Below are positions 19,365 through 29,682 of a DNA stretch of 59,048 nt, one piece after another. Origin of the DNA: a bacterium (lineage in GTDB: Bacteria > Bacteroidota > Ignavibacteria > UBA10030); assembly GCA_043803945.1 (NCBI GenBank), contig JAZDJN010000070.1, positions 1 to 59,048 of the forward strand, in the 5' to 3' direction. The position numbers and the translations under genes are program-made. The first letter of the stretch is position 1. Every line of letters starts with the position of its first letter. Below the pieces are notes generated by a model. It was not told where the DNA came from. It did not search any database and saw only the letters and a list, made by a program, of their open reading frames with translations.

Positions 19365-22300
19365 ATGAAAATGGTACAGACATCCTTGATTCTAATACTC
19401 ATCATTCTTTTAGCGCCTGCTATTGTCTTTGGGCAAAGTACATTACGAGGTGTTGTTACCGATACTATCAGTCAGGAAAAACTGATCGGTGTGAATGTTC
19501 ATCTTCTTGGGACATCCCTGGGATGCCCCACGAATATCGAAGGTGAATACAGAATAACAGGGATCCCGGAACGGGTAGTATCAATCCGGGTATCTTGTGT
19601 TGGATACGAGGCAAAGATTATTGAATTGGATTTCAGAAATCGAAAGGAGATAGAGTTAAATGTCCAATTGACGGCAGTAGCAATTATTGCCGGTGAAGTA
19701 ATCGTAACCGCTCAATTGAGAGGTCAGCTCGCAGCGATCAATCAACAGCTGACAGCCAACACCATCAAGAATATTGTATCAGAAGAGAAGATCCAGGAGC
19801 TTCCCGATGCAAACGCTGCAGAAGCCATCGGTCGGCTGCCGGGGGTTTCACTTCTTCGCAGTGGAGGTGAGGCAAGTAAAGTTGTTCTGCGTGGATTAAG
19901 CGATAAGTATTCTGTCGTGATGATTGATGGGATACGAATGGCTCCCACGGATGAGAATGAGCGGGGAGTCGATTTGAGCACAATCTCCCAGGGATCTCTT
20001 GCAGGGATTGAGATCTCCAAAGCGCTCACGGCAGATATGGATGCTGATGCAATTGCTGGAAGTGTAAACCTGGTAACCAAGAAAGCGCCAAGTTTACGCT
20101 ATCTCAGATTCGAACCAAGAGGTTCCTACAATGCGATGGAGAAATCTGCCGGCCAATATAATCTGGCAGCCCGATATGGAGAGAGGTTTTTTGATGACCG
20201 TTTGGGTGTCCAGCTCTCGGCAAATCTTGAACGGACAATTCGGAGCCACGAGACAACAAATCTCGACTACGAGCTTGTCGACATCAAGAGTGGTAATGAT
20301 TATGAAATAACGCAGCTTCAGGTTACCTATGTGAACGAAATCCGGAAGCGTGGCGGAGGGAACCTCCTGCTTGATTATGATTCACCCGATGGTGGCTCCA
20401 TCCGCCTGAATGCGGTGATCAACCGAACTTCCAGAGATTATCTCACCTCCTACCGAACGTATGCACAGAGCAGCGGTGTATCATATGATTACCGTGATCG
20501 GGAGACAGATATCACCACGATCAACACCTTCCTCCATGGCGACAACTATCTCATGGGGTTCAAGATCGATTGGAGTCTGTCGTTTTCTCAGGCAAGGAGG
20601 AAAGATCCATTCGATTTTGAATTGAATATGACTGAATCATCGTCCCTCGATGGTTCGGGCAATGTCTTTTCGGGGATGCGCAATGTACCGGATGCCTTGG
20701 TGAAGGGACCCGTGAAAGAATGGATCCCCTATGCGATGAACAATTTCCAGGCTGCTTACATTAATCAGGCGAATGATCGCTCACAGGGAAATCTGGATGA
20801 AGAGCAAGGGGCGTCGATTGATCTCACCAGGGAGTATACACTCGGAGAGAGTATCTCAGGTGAGTTCAAGATCGGTGGGAAATATAGAATGAAGTCACGA
20901 TTTGCGGTACACCATGAAGGACGATCGAACTACTACCTGTATGCATGGCCTGAGTGGACCAGACCCGAAGATGGTACTATCGTCAAGAAAAGTCTTGCAG
21001 GGACACGTTTTGAAAATCTTAAATTAACACAGGGTGGATTAGTCATCTTTTCCAATTTTCTTGATCCTTCTCCGGTACGACGGGACGTTTTTGGGGAATA
21101 TGCAATGTATCCATTGATCAACCGTGATGCGTTACGGGACTGGCAGCAACTGAATGTTGACGGTGTACTCGATCAACGAGGTGCAGAAGCAGAGTACAAA
21201 AACAATTTTGAGATTGAAGGTGATGATTATGATATAACGGAACGCATTACCGCGGGGTATCTCATGAACACCATAAATTTTGGCAGGACGGTTTCATTGA
21301 TCCTCGGTGCACGTTGGGAAAGTGATGATAATGACTACATGTCCAAGTATACTGCTAAGCCATTGAGTGGTTTCCCTTTCCCGTTTGGTGAATTACGGGA
21401 TACGACGGTTTCACATACAGAAACCACGCTGCTCCCAAATGTTCAGGGAATTGTCAGGCTATTTGATTTCATGAATGTCCGTCTGGCGATGTATAAAGCA
21501 CTTTCCCGCCCTGATTTCAATCACCGCCTGTTGAAGTTCGTTGCCCGATCGGCAAGTGGCAATGTCCTCGATATTGGAAATACTGACCTGACGAATGCTG
21601 TCGCCTGGAATTATGAAGTGCAAACGCAATTCTTCGGGAATGCGATTGGCTTATTTTCCATTTCCGCATTCTACAAAGATATTACACATATGCATCAATT
21701 TATTAATGGGATCCCTTTGAGCGGTCAACGAGTTCTTGATAGTCTTGGCATTCACTGGAAACAACCGTTTCCTACGGACAATACAATCTACAACCTTTCG
21801 TATCCCTATAACTCGAATCAACCGACACATGTTTGGGGATTTGAGGTGGAACACCAGACCGATCTCAACTTCCTCCCCGGACGGTTAAAAAATATCGTCT
21901 TGAACTACAATTTCACTATCGTTCGATCCGAAACGTGGATCTCCACATCGAAAGTCGAAACCACGTACGTGGTGCAGTTCCCGTTTCCCTTCCCCGTGCC
22001 AGTGTCCAAGAATGTTCTCATCGAGAAGAAGCAGAAGCTCCAGGATCAACCGGAGTTCTTCGGGAACGCTTCACTGGGATATGACATTGAAGGTTTTTCC
22101 TTCCGTCTCTCGGTTTTCCATCAGGGAAGTTACAACACAACCTTCTCCTCGAATCAACGAAGTGATGGAACACAAGATAGTTATACCCGGTGGGACCTTG
22201 CCCTGAAACAGCGTGTTATGGAAAACATCTCCATCATCGTCAATCTGAATAATATTTCAAACGTGCAGGAGGGCACAGCCATCGCAAACAGGCTTCACTC

Positions 22301-22373
22301 CGAGTGGGTCTTGCCCGATGTCCATACCCGTTATGGATTCACTGCAGATGTTGGAGTACGAATCGAGTTCTAG
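19365..22373 (+). CDS. TonB-dependent receptor (non-SusC type)
   Basis: Signal peptide, carboxypeptidase-regulatory-like N domain, plug (ELPDANAAEAIGRLPGVS, ADAIAGSVNL), barrel ending in F; RBS AAGGAGG. Confidence 0.92.
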   Translation: MKMVQTSLILILIILLAPAIVFGQSTLRGVVTDTISQEKLIGVNVHLLGTSLGCPTNIEGEYRITGIPERVVSIRVSCVGYEAKIIELDFRNRKEIELNVQLTAVAIIAGEVIVTAQLRGQLAAINQQLTANTIKNIVSEEKIQELPDANAAEAIGRLPGVSLLRSGGEASKVVLRGLSDKYSVVMIDGIRMAPTDENERGVDLSTISQGSLAGIEISKALTADMDADAIAGSVNLVTKKAPSLRYLRFEPRGSYNAMEKSAGQYNLAARYGERFFDDRLGVQLSANLERTIRSHETTNLDYELVDIKSGNDYEITQLQVTYVNEIRKRGGGNLLLDYDSPDGGSIRLNAVINRTSRDYLTSYRTYAQSSGVSYDYRDRETDITTINTFLHGDNYLMGFKIDWSLSFSQARRKDPFDFELNMTESSSLDGSGNVFSGMRNVPDALVKGPVKEWIPYAMNNFQAAYINQANDRSQGNLDEEQGASIDLTREYTLGESISGEFKIGGKYRMKSRFAVHHEGRSNYYLYAWPEWTRPEDGTIVKKSLAGTRFENLKLTQGGLVIFSNFLDPSPVRRDVFGEYAMYPLINRDALRDWQQLNVDGVLDQRGAEAEYKNNFEIEGDDYDITERITAGYLMNTINFGRTVSLILGARWESDDNDYMSKYTAKPLSGFPFPFGELRDTTVSHTETTLLPNVQGIVRLFDFMNVRLAMYKALSRPDFNHRLLKFVARSASGNVLDIGNTDLTNAVAWNYEVQTQFFGNAIGLFSISAFYKDITHMHQFINGIPLSGQRVLDSLGIHWKQPFPTDNTIYNLSYPYNSNQPTHVWGFEVEHQTDLNFLPGRLKNIVLNYNFTIVRSETWISTSKVETTYVVQFPFPFPVPVSKNVLIEKKQKLQDQPEFFGNASLGYDIEGFSFRLSVFHQGSYNTTFSSNQRSDGTQDSYTRWDLALKQRVMENISIIVNLNNISNVQEGTAIANRLHSEWVLPDVHTRYGFTADVGVRIEF

Positions 22374-22417
22374 TCACAATTCACTAATATCCTCAACTTT
22401 TTAAGTAGGAGGTAATC

Positions 22418-24067
22418 ATGAGATTCACAGTTCTTCTTTGTGCATGGATGCTCCTTCTTCCGGTGTTTGCTCTCTGTCAGACTCCGGATGAAGTGGTTCT
22501 TCCGGGGTATGCAACATCAATGAAGTATCTCAATGACCAGATTATGGGTGATACAACCGCTACCGGTGCAAGGGTGAATGCGAACCGTACATACGTTTTA
22601 AAGCGGAATGAGATCTACATTGTCGTTTCCTCCATCAGAAATGCTGCATGGAAATTACGCATAAGAGCTGAAGCGGGAACAGGAAAAAAACCGGTCGTCT
22701 ATACATTCAAGAATCCAAGCACAAATGCATACATCGGTATGCAATTCGACGTCCGAGGTGATTTATGGCTTAAAAATATAGCATTTGTCGGATGGTCTAC
22801 CCTGGCAACCGATCTCTCTGTCATGCCTCCCCGCATTATTCAGGTGAATAGCACGGGGAATACGGTGGAGGTCGATAGCTGTGTGCTCGTGGGAACGAGG
22901 GCAGCCACGATTGAAACACCTTCAGCCACAAAGAGACTCCAGGTCACCAATACAACATTTGCCCAATCCGGAAATCTCTTTGCGACCAATATCGGCAATG
23001 GCAGACCGATTGATTGCAGGAATGTGTCAATTGATAGCGTGATCGTGAGGAATTGCACGTTCCTCGATGGAACCGACAGGATCCTTCGCCATTATTCAAG
23101 TATTGGAGCTCTGAAATATGTTTTCTTCGATCATAATACAATTGCGAACTCGCTCTCAATGCATGGATGTCTCGGCCTCGGGATTGTTGGTGAAAAGGTG
23201 ATTATTACGAACAACCTCTTTGTGGACAATTTCGTTCTCGGGAATGATAGTTCCGATGCGGTACGGTTGTCAGAATTTGGAGATACGAAAGAAAAAGGAC
23301 CCAGCGGAGCATATCGTATGACATTTGTCGGCAGTGTGCCGGATACAGCCGGTCAGGCAGTGCTTACGCAGTGGATTGTACGGAATAATTATTATGCGGT
23401 GAGTTCGGCAGTGCAAACCTGGTACAATTCCAAGAGCAGCCTTAGCATTGGAAATCTTGTACCGTTGACGTGGCACATTAATAAAAAACTTGGTGCCGAC
23501 TCCGTGAATGCATTTAAGAAAGAATCAATCACCTTCAATAAGCTCACAAGATATCTGGTGCCTTTTGCGACATGGTACTACGATCCCAATGGGGCGAATA
23601 AGCAGAAGGTCAACACGGGTTTCACCTCTGCCATTGATTTTGATCGGAATGAATGGAATTTCTACACCGACACGCTCGACCTGAGGTACCAAACCACCGC
23701 TCAAGCATATACCGGAGCGGATAATGGCCAGCCGGCCGGCTCGTTAATGTGGTGGAAAATGTTATTAACCGGAGTCGAGAAAGATGCAGATCAGAACATT
23801 CCGCAGTCATTTTCACTTGCTCAGAACTATCCCAATCCCTTTAATCCGAATACGAAAATCTCATTCTCACTACCGGCAAGTGGAAGAATCCTTCTTAAGG
23901 TTTTCAATGTTCTCGGACAAGAAGTGAGGACACTCGTCGATGCGCATTACCTCGCCGGCAAATATGAGGTTGAGTTCGATGCTGGCGCGTTGAGTAGTGG
24001 TGTGTATATTTATTCGCTCACAAGTGGAAACTCCATTGCCTCAAAAAAGATGACACTGGTAAAATAA
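22418..24067 (+). CDS. Secreted beta-helix-like protein with T9SS type-A sorting domain
   Basis: Signal peptide; beta-helix-like repeats (VTNTTF, VRNCTF, FDHNTI, ITNNLF, VRNNYY); C-terminal LAQNYPNPFNP...SGVYIY...KKMTLVK. Confidence 0.8.
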   Translation: MRFTVLLCAWMLLLPVFALCQTPDEVVLPGYATSMKYLNDQIMGDTTATGARVNANRTYVLKRNEIYIVVSSIRNAAWKLRIRAEAGTGKKPVVYTFKNPSTNAYIGMQFDVRGDLWLKNIAFVGWSTLATDLSVMPPRIIQVNSTGNTVEVDSCVLVGTRAATIETPSATKRLQVTNTTFAQSGNLFATNIGNGRPIDCRNVSIDSVIVRNCTFLDGTDRILRHYSSIGALKYVFFDHNTIANSLSMHGCLGLGIVGEKVIITNNLFVDNFVLGNDSSDAVRLSEFGDTKEKGPSGAYRMTFVGSVPDTAGQAVLTQWIVRNNYYAVSSAVQTWYNSKSSLSIGNLVPLTWHINKKLGADSVNAFKKESITFNKLTRYLVPFATWYYDPNGANKQKVNTGFTSAIDFDRNEWNFYTDTLDLRYQTTAQAYTGADNGQPAGSLMWWKMLLTGVEKDADQNIPQSFSLAQNYPNPFNPNTKISFSLPASGRILLKVFNVLGQEVRTLVDAHYLAGKYEVEFDAGALSSGVYIYSLTSGNSIASKKMTLVK

Positions 24068-24076
24068 GAGTGACCC

Positions 24077-24118
24077 GACGGGGGATTGGGAGAGTATCTC
24101 AATCCCCCTGTCCTTTCT
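24077..24118 (+). terminator. Strong hairpin after the TBDR1-cargo pair (terminator or mRNA-stabilising stem)
   Basis: GACGGGGGATTGGGA / TCTCAATCCCCCTGTC stem followed by a weak CTTTCT tail. Confidence 0.65.
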
Positions 24119-24178
24119 GTACGTTGATTGGTACCCATCACGCATACCTGTATACGATTGAGAGGTTCTTGGATTTCA

Positions 24179-26158
24179 ATGAACGATCATCATCGAATCA
24201 TCATGCCGGCCCAGGCCAATAAGCAATCCGTTGAAGCACGAGCGCAAGTCAGAAGCCGTTTAGTATTTATTATCATTGGCATAGTATCAATGCTCTGGTT
24301 TTTCCTCCGGGTGATTCCGAAACCGAATCGGGTCACCTACCCGTGTGTACGGGCGGCTGCGCCGGTGATGTCGGGCTTTATTCTTTATCTCCTCGGTGTT
24401 ACCGGTACATTGCTGGCGTTTAAAAATGCTCTGCGGAATTTCCGAAACGCGCGATATTGTACAGCTGCACTTCTCCTCTTTATCACTCTGGGGACAATAT
24501 TTCTATCGTTCACCGGTGATCAGCGTCCCGTCTTCGCTAATTCGATACTCCTGCTTGGTCCCAACCAGCCAGTCGGAATACCACGAGGGATCTTTCCGGG
24601 AAGAGTCGTCTGGGTGTGGGATCCGCAGTCGACAAATGAGAGCTGCACGAATGTTTTTGGCGACGGGTGGTTTATGGATAAGAACACGAATGGCAGTGTC
24701 GTGAATACGATGGTTGCTGATGCTGTAGCGCAACTGGCCGGTAAAGGAACGATTAAAGAATCATGGGATGCTTTGTTCAAATACTTTAACCAGGCACATG
24801 GAAAGGGGAACGTCGGGTATACCGATGGAGAAAAGATCTTCATCCGGACGAACCAGGTCAGCGCCAGCAGTGGAACATATGATGACAATACTTACGAAAT
24901 AAAAAACCAGAGTCGTTACGGAATGGCTGAAACATCTCCACACGTTGTGCTGGCAGTGCTCCGACAACTTGTGAATGCATGCGGTGTGAAACAGGAAAAC
25001 ATTTCAGTGGGTGATCCGATGAAGCACATGTATAAACATGTGTACGACCTTTGGCACAATGAATTCCCGAATATTGTCTACATCGATGCAGATGCGAGGT
25101 TGGGAAGAACAGCACCACGAGCGAGCAATCAACCGGTCATCTACTACTCCGATCGGGGGCAGATTCTCAAGTCAGGCGGTTCAACCGGTACACCGATCCT
25201 CTCGGATTACTACCCGACGGTGATCACAGAAGCAAGTTACCTGATTACGATTCCGGCATTGAAGGCGCATGCGAGGGGAGGCGTGACACTCTGCGGGAAG
25301 ATCCATTTTGGCTCTAATTTGAGGGGGAGTGCGACACATCTCCATGGCGGTTTAATCGCACCAGAGAAAGTCACTAATACGAGCACGATGAGACCGGGGT
25401 ACGGACTATATCGGGTGCAGGTGGACCTGATGGGGCACAAGGATCTTGGAGAAAAAACCGTTCTGTTCCTAATCGATGCACTCTGGGGCGGCTCGGAAGC
25501 AAACGATCCACCAAGGAAATTCGAGATACCTCCCTTCAACAAGGATTGGACCTCCTCGGTCTTCGCTTCTCAAGATCAGGTCGCTATCGAATCGGTCTGT
25601 TTCGATTTTCTGAAAGCAGAGTACACCTCTTCGAATCCATACGGTTCATATCCACAGGTGCCGGGTGCGGACGATCATATTCTGCAGGCAGCAGATGCTA
25701 CCTACTGGCCGGCGGGGTTTCGCTATGATCCTGAAAATGATGGAAGTCCAATCCCTAGTCTCGGTGTTTGTGAACACTGGAATAATGCGATGAACAAGCA
25801 GTATTCGAAAAATCTTGGTCCCGGTGCCGGTATCGAATTGCATTGGATCAATAAAACCCTGACTTCAATCCAGTCGACTTATACAATTCCTGGACAATCC
25901 TTCAGACTTTTTCAGAACTACCCCAATCCATTCAATCCGACGACGACGATCAATTATCAGTTATCTATTTCTTCTATCGTGACGTTAGATATTTTTGATA
26001 TTCAGGGAAGAAAAATCACGACGCTTGTGGATGAAATGCAAGAGAAAGGTGAATACGCCATTGAATGGAATGCTCGTACCGTCCCCAGTGGCATGTACTT
26101 CTATAGACTTACAGCGGGGAAAGAAACAGAATCAAAAAAACTGATCCTACAGAGATAA
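24179..26158 (+). CDS. DUF362 domain protein with N-terminal membrane segments and T9SS type-A sorting domain
   Basis: WFFLRVIPKPNRVTYPC, GIFPGRVVWV, IPALKAH..GVTLCGKIHFG and SQDQVAIESV; C-terminal QNYPNPFNP...KKLILQR. The start is uncertain. Confidence 0.75.
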   Translation: MNDHHRIIMPAQANKQSVEARAQVRSRLVFIIIGIVSMLWFFLRVIPKPNRVTYPCVRAAAPVMSGFILYLLGVTGTLLAFKNALRNFRNARYCTAALLLFITLGTIFLSFTGDQRPVFANSILLLGPNQPVGIPRGIFPGRVVWVWDPQSTNESCTNVFGDGWFMDKNTNGSVVNTMVADAVAQLAGKGTIKESWDALFKYFNQAHGKGNVGYTDGEKIFIRTNQVSASSGTYDDNTYEIKNQSRYGMAETSPHVVLAVLRQLVNACGVKQENISVGDPMKHMYKHVYDLWHNEFPNIVYIDADARLGRTAPRASNQPVIYYSDRGQILKSGGSTGTPILSDYYPTVITEASYLITIPALKAHARGGVTLCGKIHFGSNLRGSATHLHGGLIAPEKVTNTSTMRPGYGLYRVQVDLMGHKDLGEKTVLFLIDALWGGSEANDPPRKFEIPPFNKDWTSSVFASQDQVAIESVCFDFLKAEYTSSNPYGSYPQVPGADDHILQAADATYWPAGFRYDPENDGSPIPSLGVCEHWNNAMNKQYSKNLGPGAGIELHWINKTLTSIQSTYTIPGQSFRLFQNYPNPFNPTTTINYQLSISSIVTLDIFDIQGRKITTLVDEMQEKGEYAIEWNARTVPSGMYFYRLTAGKETESKKLILQR

Positions 26159-26220
26159 CCATATACCCCACCATGCAGCGGATAGAAGGAAATCGAATGA
26201 TAAGGGAAAGGGAAAAATCG

Positions 26221-27237
26221 ATGATGACAATTTCGCTTTGTCTCGGCAAACATCGATTGCTCCAGGGTGCAATATTGCTCGCGCTTATATGTACTGCCGG
26301 CACCGGACAGGAGAAAACCGAATGGCTGAAACATGCTCAATGGGGTATCATGACTCATTATCTCGCCGATTGGAGAGCGAGGGTCGATAATGAAGCCATG
26401 AGTGTCGACACTTGGAATGAGATGATCGATCATTTCGATGTCAAAGGACTTGCCGAACAAATTGCATCAGTCGGAGCAGGGTACTATCTCATCACCATTG
26501 GACAGAACTCAGGCTATTATCTCGCACCCAATGCGACGTACGACAGATTCGTTGGTAGTACACCAAGTAAATGTTCACGCCGGGATCTGGTAGCGGACTT
26601 GTTCGAGGAGTTGAATGACAAGGGAATCAAGCTGATGGTGTATCTTCCTTCAGGAGCTCCTGCAGGCGATTCGATTTCCAGAGCGAGATTACAATGGCAG
26701 AATGGTCCGAACAGGAATAGAGATTTCCAAATCAAATGGGAACGGGTGATTCGCGAGTGGTCCGAACGATGGGGACAAAAGATTTCAGGATGGTGGTTCG
26801 ACGGCTGTTACTGGCCCAATACGATGTATCGTTCTACCGAACCACCCAACTTTGCAAGCTTTGCCGCGGCTGCGAGAGCAGGCAATCCTCAAAGTCTCAT
26901 CGCATTTAATCCGGGTGTAGTCTATCGAAGTCTCTCAATCACCCCGTTTGAAGACTATATTGCAGGGGAAATAGATCAACCCGACAGGATTTCCATCAAG
27001 CGCGCAAACAATGGTAAAATAGATGAAGCGCAAATTCATGTTCTAAGTTTTCTTGGAGAGCGTTGGGGGATGGGATCGCCTCGGTTTACCACCGAACAAG
27101 TTCTTGATTGGAGCAAGAAGGTTTTGACTGAAGGAGGTGTGATCACCTGGGATGTTCCACTCCAGCGAAACGGATTGATCTCCCAACCATTTATTGAACA
27201 GCTTACTGCTCTTGGAAAAGCACTAAAGCGAGATTGA
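26221..27237 (+). CDS. GH29/GH107-like (clan GH-R) fucosidase/fucanase-like TIM-barrel hydrolase
   Basis: WLKHAQWGIMTHY, FDVKGLAEQI..GAGY, RDLVADL..KGIKLMVY and the GWWFDG nucleophile motif; signal peptide. Confidence 0.6.
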   Translation: MMTISLCLGKHRLLQGAILLALICTAGTGQEKTEWLKHAQWGIMTHYLADWRARVDNEAMSVDTWNEMIDHFDVKGLAEQIASVGAGYYLITIGQNSGYYLAPNATYDRFVGSTPSKCSRRDLVADLFEELNDKGIKLMVYLPSGAPAGDSISRARLQWQNGPNRNRDFQIKWERVIREWSERWGQKISGWWFDGCYWPNTMYRSTEPPNFASFAAAARAGNPQSLIAFNPGVVYRSLSITPFEDYIAGEIDQPDRISIKRANNGKIDEAQIHVLSFLGERWGMGSPRFTTEQVLDWSKKVLTEGGVITWDVPLQRNGLISQPFIEQLTALGKALKRD

Positions 27238-27334
27238 ATGCTGGATCGACTCTTATGGCCAATCCGAGGAGGCCATTCGGCTGAATCCATTTCAACTGAC
27301 CCTCACCTTGCACTTTGATCAGGAGATACGTCTT

Positions 27335-28648
27335 ATGCAAACAAGCAATTTGTTCGGGAAGGTAAGAGATTTAAACTTTCTCATCATGGTATTCCTCTTA
27401 TCGGCATCTCAAACATTTGCGCAAGTGGGACAGGGAACCGCCTCTAAAACGTTGTCGGATACGACGAAACAAAACCAATCGATACCACCTCGCAGGGGGA
27501 CATCTCAAGGTATTTCCACTGCCCGCCTGCAATATACTCCAGGACACACACCCAAGTTTTGGTCGATTGCCACAGCCGAATCCATCATGGAACGTTACCC
27601 GGATTACAGGCATGCGTATTGGAAAGACTGGACGTATATGCAGGGGTATATGTTCTATGGATTTGAAATGCTGTATCGCTCGACGGGTAATCAGAAATAC
27701 CTGCAATATATCAAACGCTACATCGATCACTTTATTGACGATCGTGGGAATTTTTTCGGAGATAAGTTGACAAACCTTGATAACCTCATGACTGGAAACA
27801 GTATCGTGGCGCTGTATGAATACACTCATGATGAGCGGTATAAAACTGCCGCGATACAATTTCGTCGTGTGTTGAATGATTATCCGAGAAGCGATGGGCA
27901 GTTCTGGCATGGCAACAAATCCCCAAATATGTGGATCGATGGTATTTTTATGGGCCAAATGTTTTTAATTCGCTACGGTAAATCGATCGGTGAGAGCGAG
28001 TACTGTTTCGATGAGGCGATCCGACAAATCACTGTTTTTGCAAGACATTGCCTCAAAGGGAACAGCGGGCTCCACTACCATGCATGGACCGAGCAGCCTG
28101 ATAAAACAAAATGGGCTGATCCTAAAACAGGTCTTTCACCGGAAGTCTGGAGCGAAGGCCTGGGCTGGTATGCTCTCATTTTGGTGGAGACACTTGCTGT
28201 GCTGCCGAACGATCACCCGAAACGTTCTGAAGTTGAGAATATTTACCTCCGGCTTGTTGAAGGCCTCAAGCGAACTCAGGATTCGAAAACCGGTGGATGG
28301 TTTATGATCGTCGACAAAGGTGATAAGCCTTATAACTGGATCGATCCATCCGGGACAGCGATGTTTGTCTATTCAATCCAACGGGGAATCGAGCTCGGAC
28401 TGCTCGACAGGAACACTTATGCACAGATTGCTTTGAACGGGTATCACAGCCTGTTCGAGTTTGCACGGATTAATGAGCGGGGCCTTGTCGATATCCATGG
28501 AGGTGGTGATGGGGTCACCATTAAGAAAGATTACGAAACCTACATCAAGGTGCCGAGAATTATCAATGCAAAGGAGGCCGTGGGTGGATTTCTTTGGGTG
28601 ACGGCTTTGATGGAAAAATCTGAGCTTGCGATGTTACGTAAGAATTAA
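27335..28648 (+). CDS. GH105 unsaturated uronyl hydrolase
   Basis: W.Y.QG, NLDNL..G, GQFWH, MWIDGIFM, WSEGLGW and DPSGTAMF; AGGAG RBS. Confidence 0.88.
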   Translation: MQTSNLFGKVRDLNFLIMVFLLSASQTFAQVGQGTASKTLSDTTKQNQSIPPRRGTSQGISTARLQYTPGHTPKFWSIATAESIMERYPDYRHAYWKDWTYMQGYMFYGFEMLYRSTGNQKYLQYIKRYIDHFIDDRGNFFGDKLTNLDNLMTGNSIVALYEYTHDERYKTAAIQFRRVLNDYPRSDGQFWHGNKSPNMWIDGIFMGQMFLIRYGKSIGESEYCFDEAIRQITVFARHCLKGNSGLHYHAWTEQPDKTKWADPKTGLSPEVWSEGLGWYALILVETLAVLPNDHPKRSEVENIYLRLVEGLKRTQDSKTGGWFMIVDKGDKPYNWIDPSGTAMFVYSIQRGIELGLLDRNTYAQIALNGYHSLFEFARINERGLVDIHGGGDGVTIKKDYETYIKVPRIINAKEAVGGFLWVTALMEKSELAMLRKN

Positions 28649-28706
28649 TCCAGAGGCAGAGATACACTTGTCTTGAATACTTTTTTTGATCAATGGGGAT
28701 AGAAAG

Positions 28707-29555
28707 ATGAACAAACCGACCCGACGCGAGTTTTTGAGATTAACCAGCATAATTGGTACAGCGAGTACGTTTCCACTCTCAGCATCTCTGGCACACTCGC
28801 AGATCGAAAAGGAGTCGAGGGTCTCCTTCGAGCTCGGGATAGCCTCATACTCTTTCCGGGCATTCTCGCTCGATCAAACGATCGCCATGACCAGAAAGCT
28901 CGGAGTGAAAAACCTGACATTAAAAGATATGCACCTTCCCTTGAAGAGCTCGGAAGCCGAGATCAAGGTTGCTCTTACAAAAATTCAAGAGGGAGGTCTT
29001 CAGCTGAAATCGTGCGGTGTTGTGTATATGAAGTCGGAAGAAGAAATTAAAGCAGCTTTCGCGTATGCGAAAATTGCCGGGTTGAAAATGCTGGTGGGCG
29101 TTCCCGATAAAGAACTGCTCGATGTCGCTGAACGTTTTGTGAAGGAGACAGGCATTGCCCTGGCGATTCATAACCATGGTCCCACGGATCAACGCTTCCC
29201 GAGTCCGGAAAGCGCCTATTCCCTGATATCGAAAATGGATAAACGGATAGGGCTCTGTATCGATATCGGTCATACACAACGGCTGGGTCTCGATCCGTCA
29301 GTCGAGGCTGAGCGATTCAGTGATCGTGTGTTTGACATTCATATCAAGGATGTCAGTGCTTCTGAAGCGAATGGGACCACGGTAGAGATTGGGCGTGGAG
29401 TAATCGATATCCCGAAGTTTCTTAAAACGTTGAAACGAGTACGCTACTCCGGCACACTCCATCTGGAGTATGAAAAGGACCAGCAGGATCCGTTACCGGG
29501 AATGGCAGAATCGATCGGATACCTTCGCGGCGTATTGGCATCATTGGAACGATGA
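28707..29555 (+). CDS. Tat-exported sugar phosphate isomerase/epimerase-family TIM barrel (AP endonuclease 2 fold)
   Basis: TRREFL Tat motif; metal-binding motifs AIHNHGP, CIDIGH, IHIKD and LEYE. Confidence 0.88.
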   Translation: MNKPTRREFLRLTSIIGTASTFPLSASLAHSQIEKESRVSFELGIASYSFRAFSLDQTIAMTRKLGVKNLTLKDMHLPLKSSEAEIKVALTKIQEGGLQLKSCGVVYMKSEEEIKAAFAYAKIAGLKMLVGVPDKELLDVAERFVKETGIALAIHNHGPTDQRFPSPESAYSLISKMDKRIGLCIDIGHTQRLGLDPSVEAERFSDRVFDIHIKDVSASEANGTTVEIGRGVIDIPKFLKTLKRVRYSGTLHLEYEKDQQDPLPGMAESIGYLRGVLASLER

Positions 29556-29682
29556 AGAGGAAAATGGAGAAGCAGAGCCCTACGAAGGACATCTTCAGAG
29601 TGATGAGATCCGTACTACATCTATGGAGCCAGAATCGAAATCGCGAAAGCAATCTTATGTCCCAATATTTCCGAAAGTTCAT

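Noticed and set aside
29470-29682. N-terminal ORF extensions overlapping upstream genes (also 5789-5875, 34839-34949, 37827-37943)
   Set aside because: Downstream ATGs give proper signal peptides and/or RBS; the extensions are longest-ORF artefacts.
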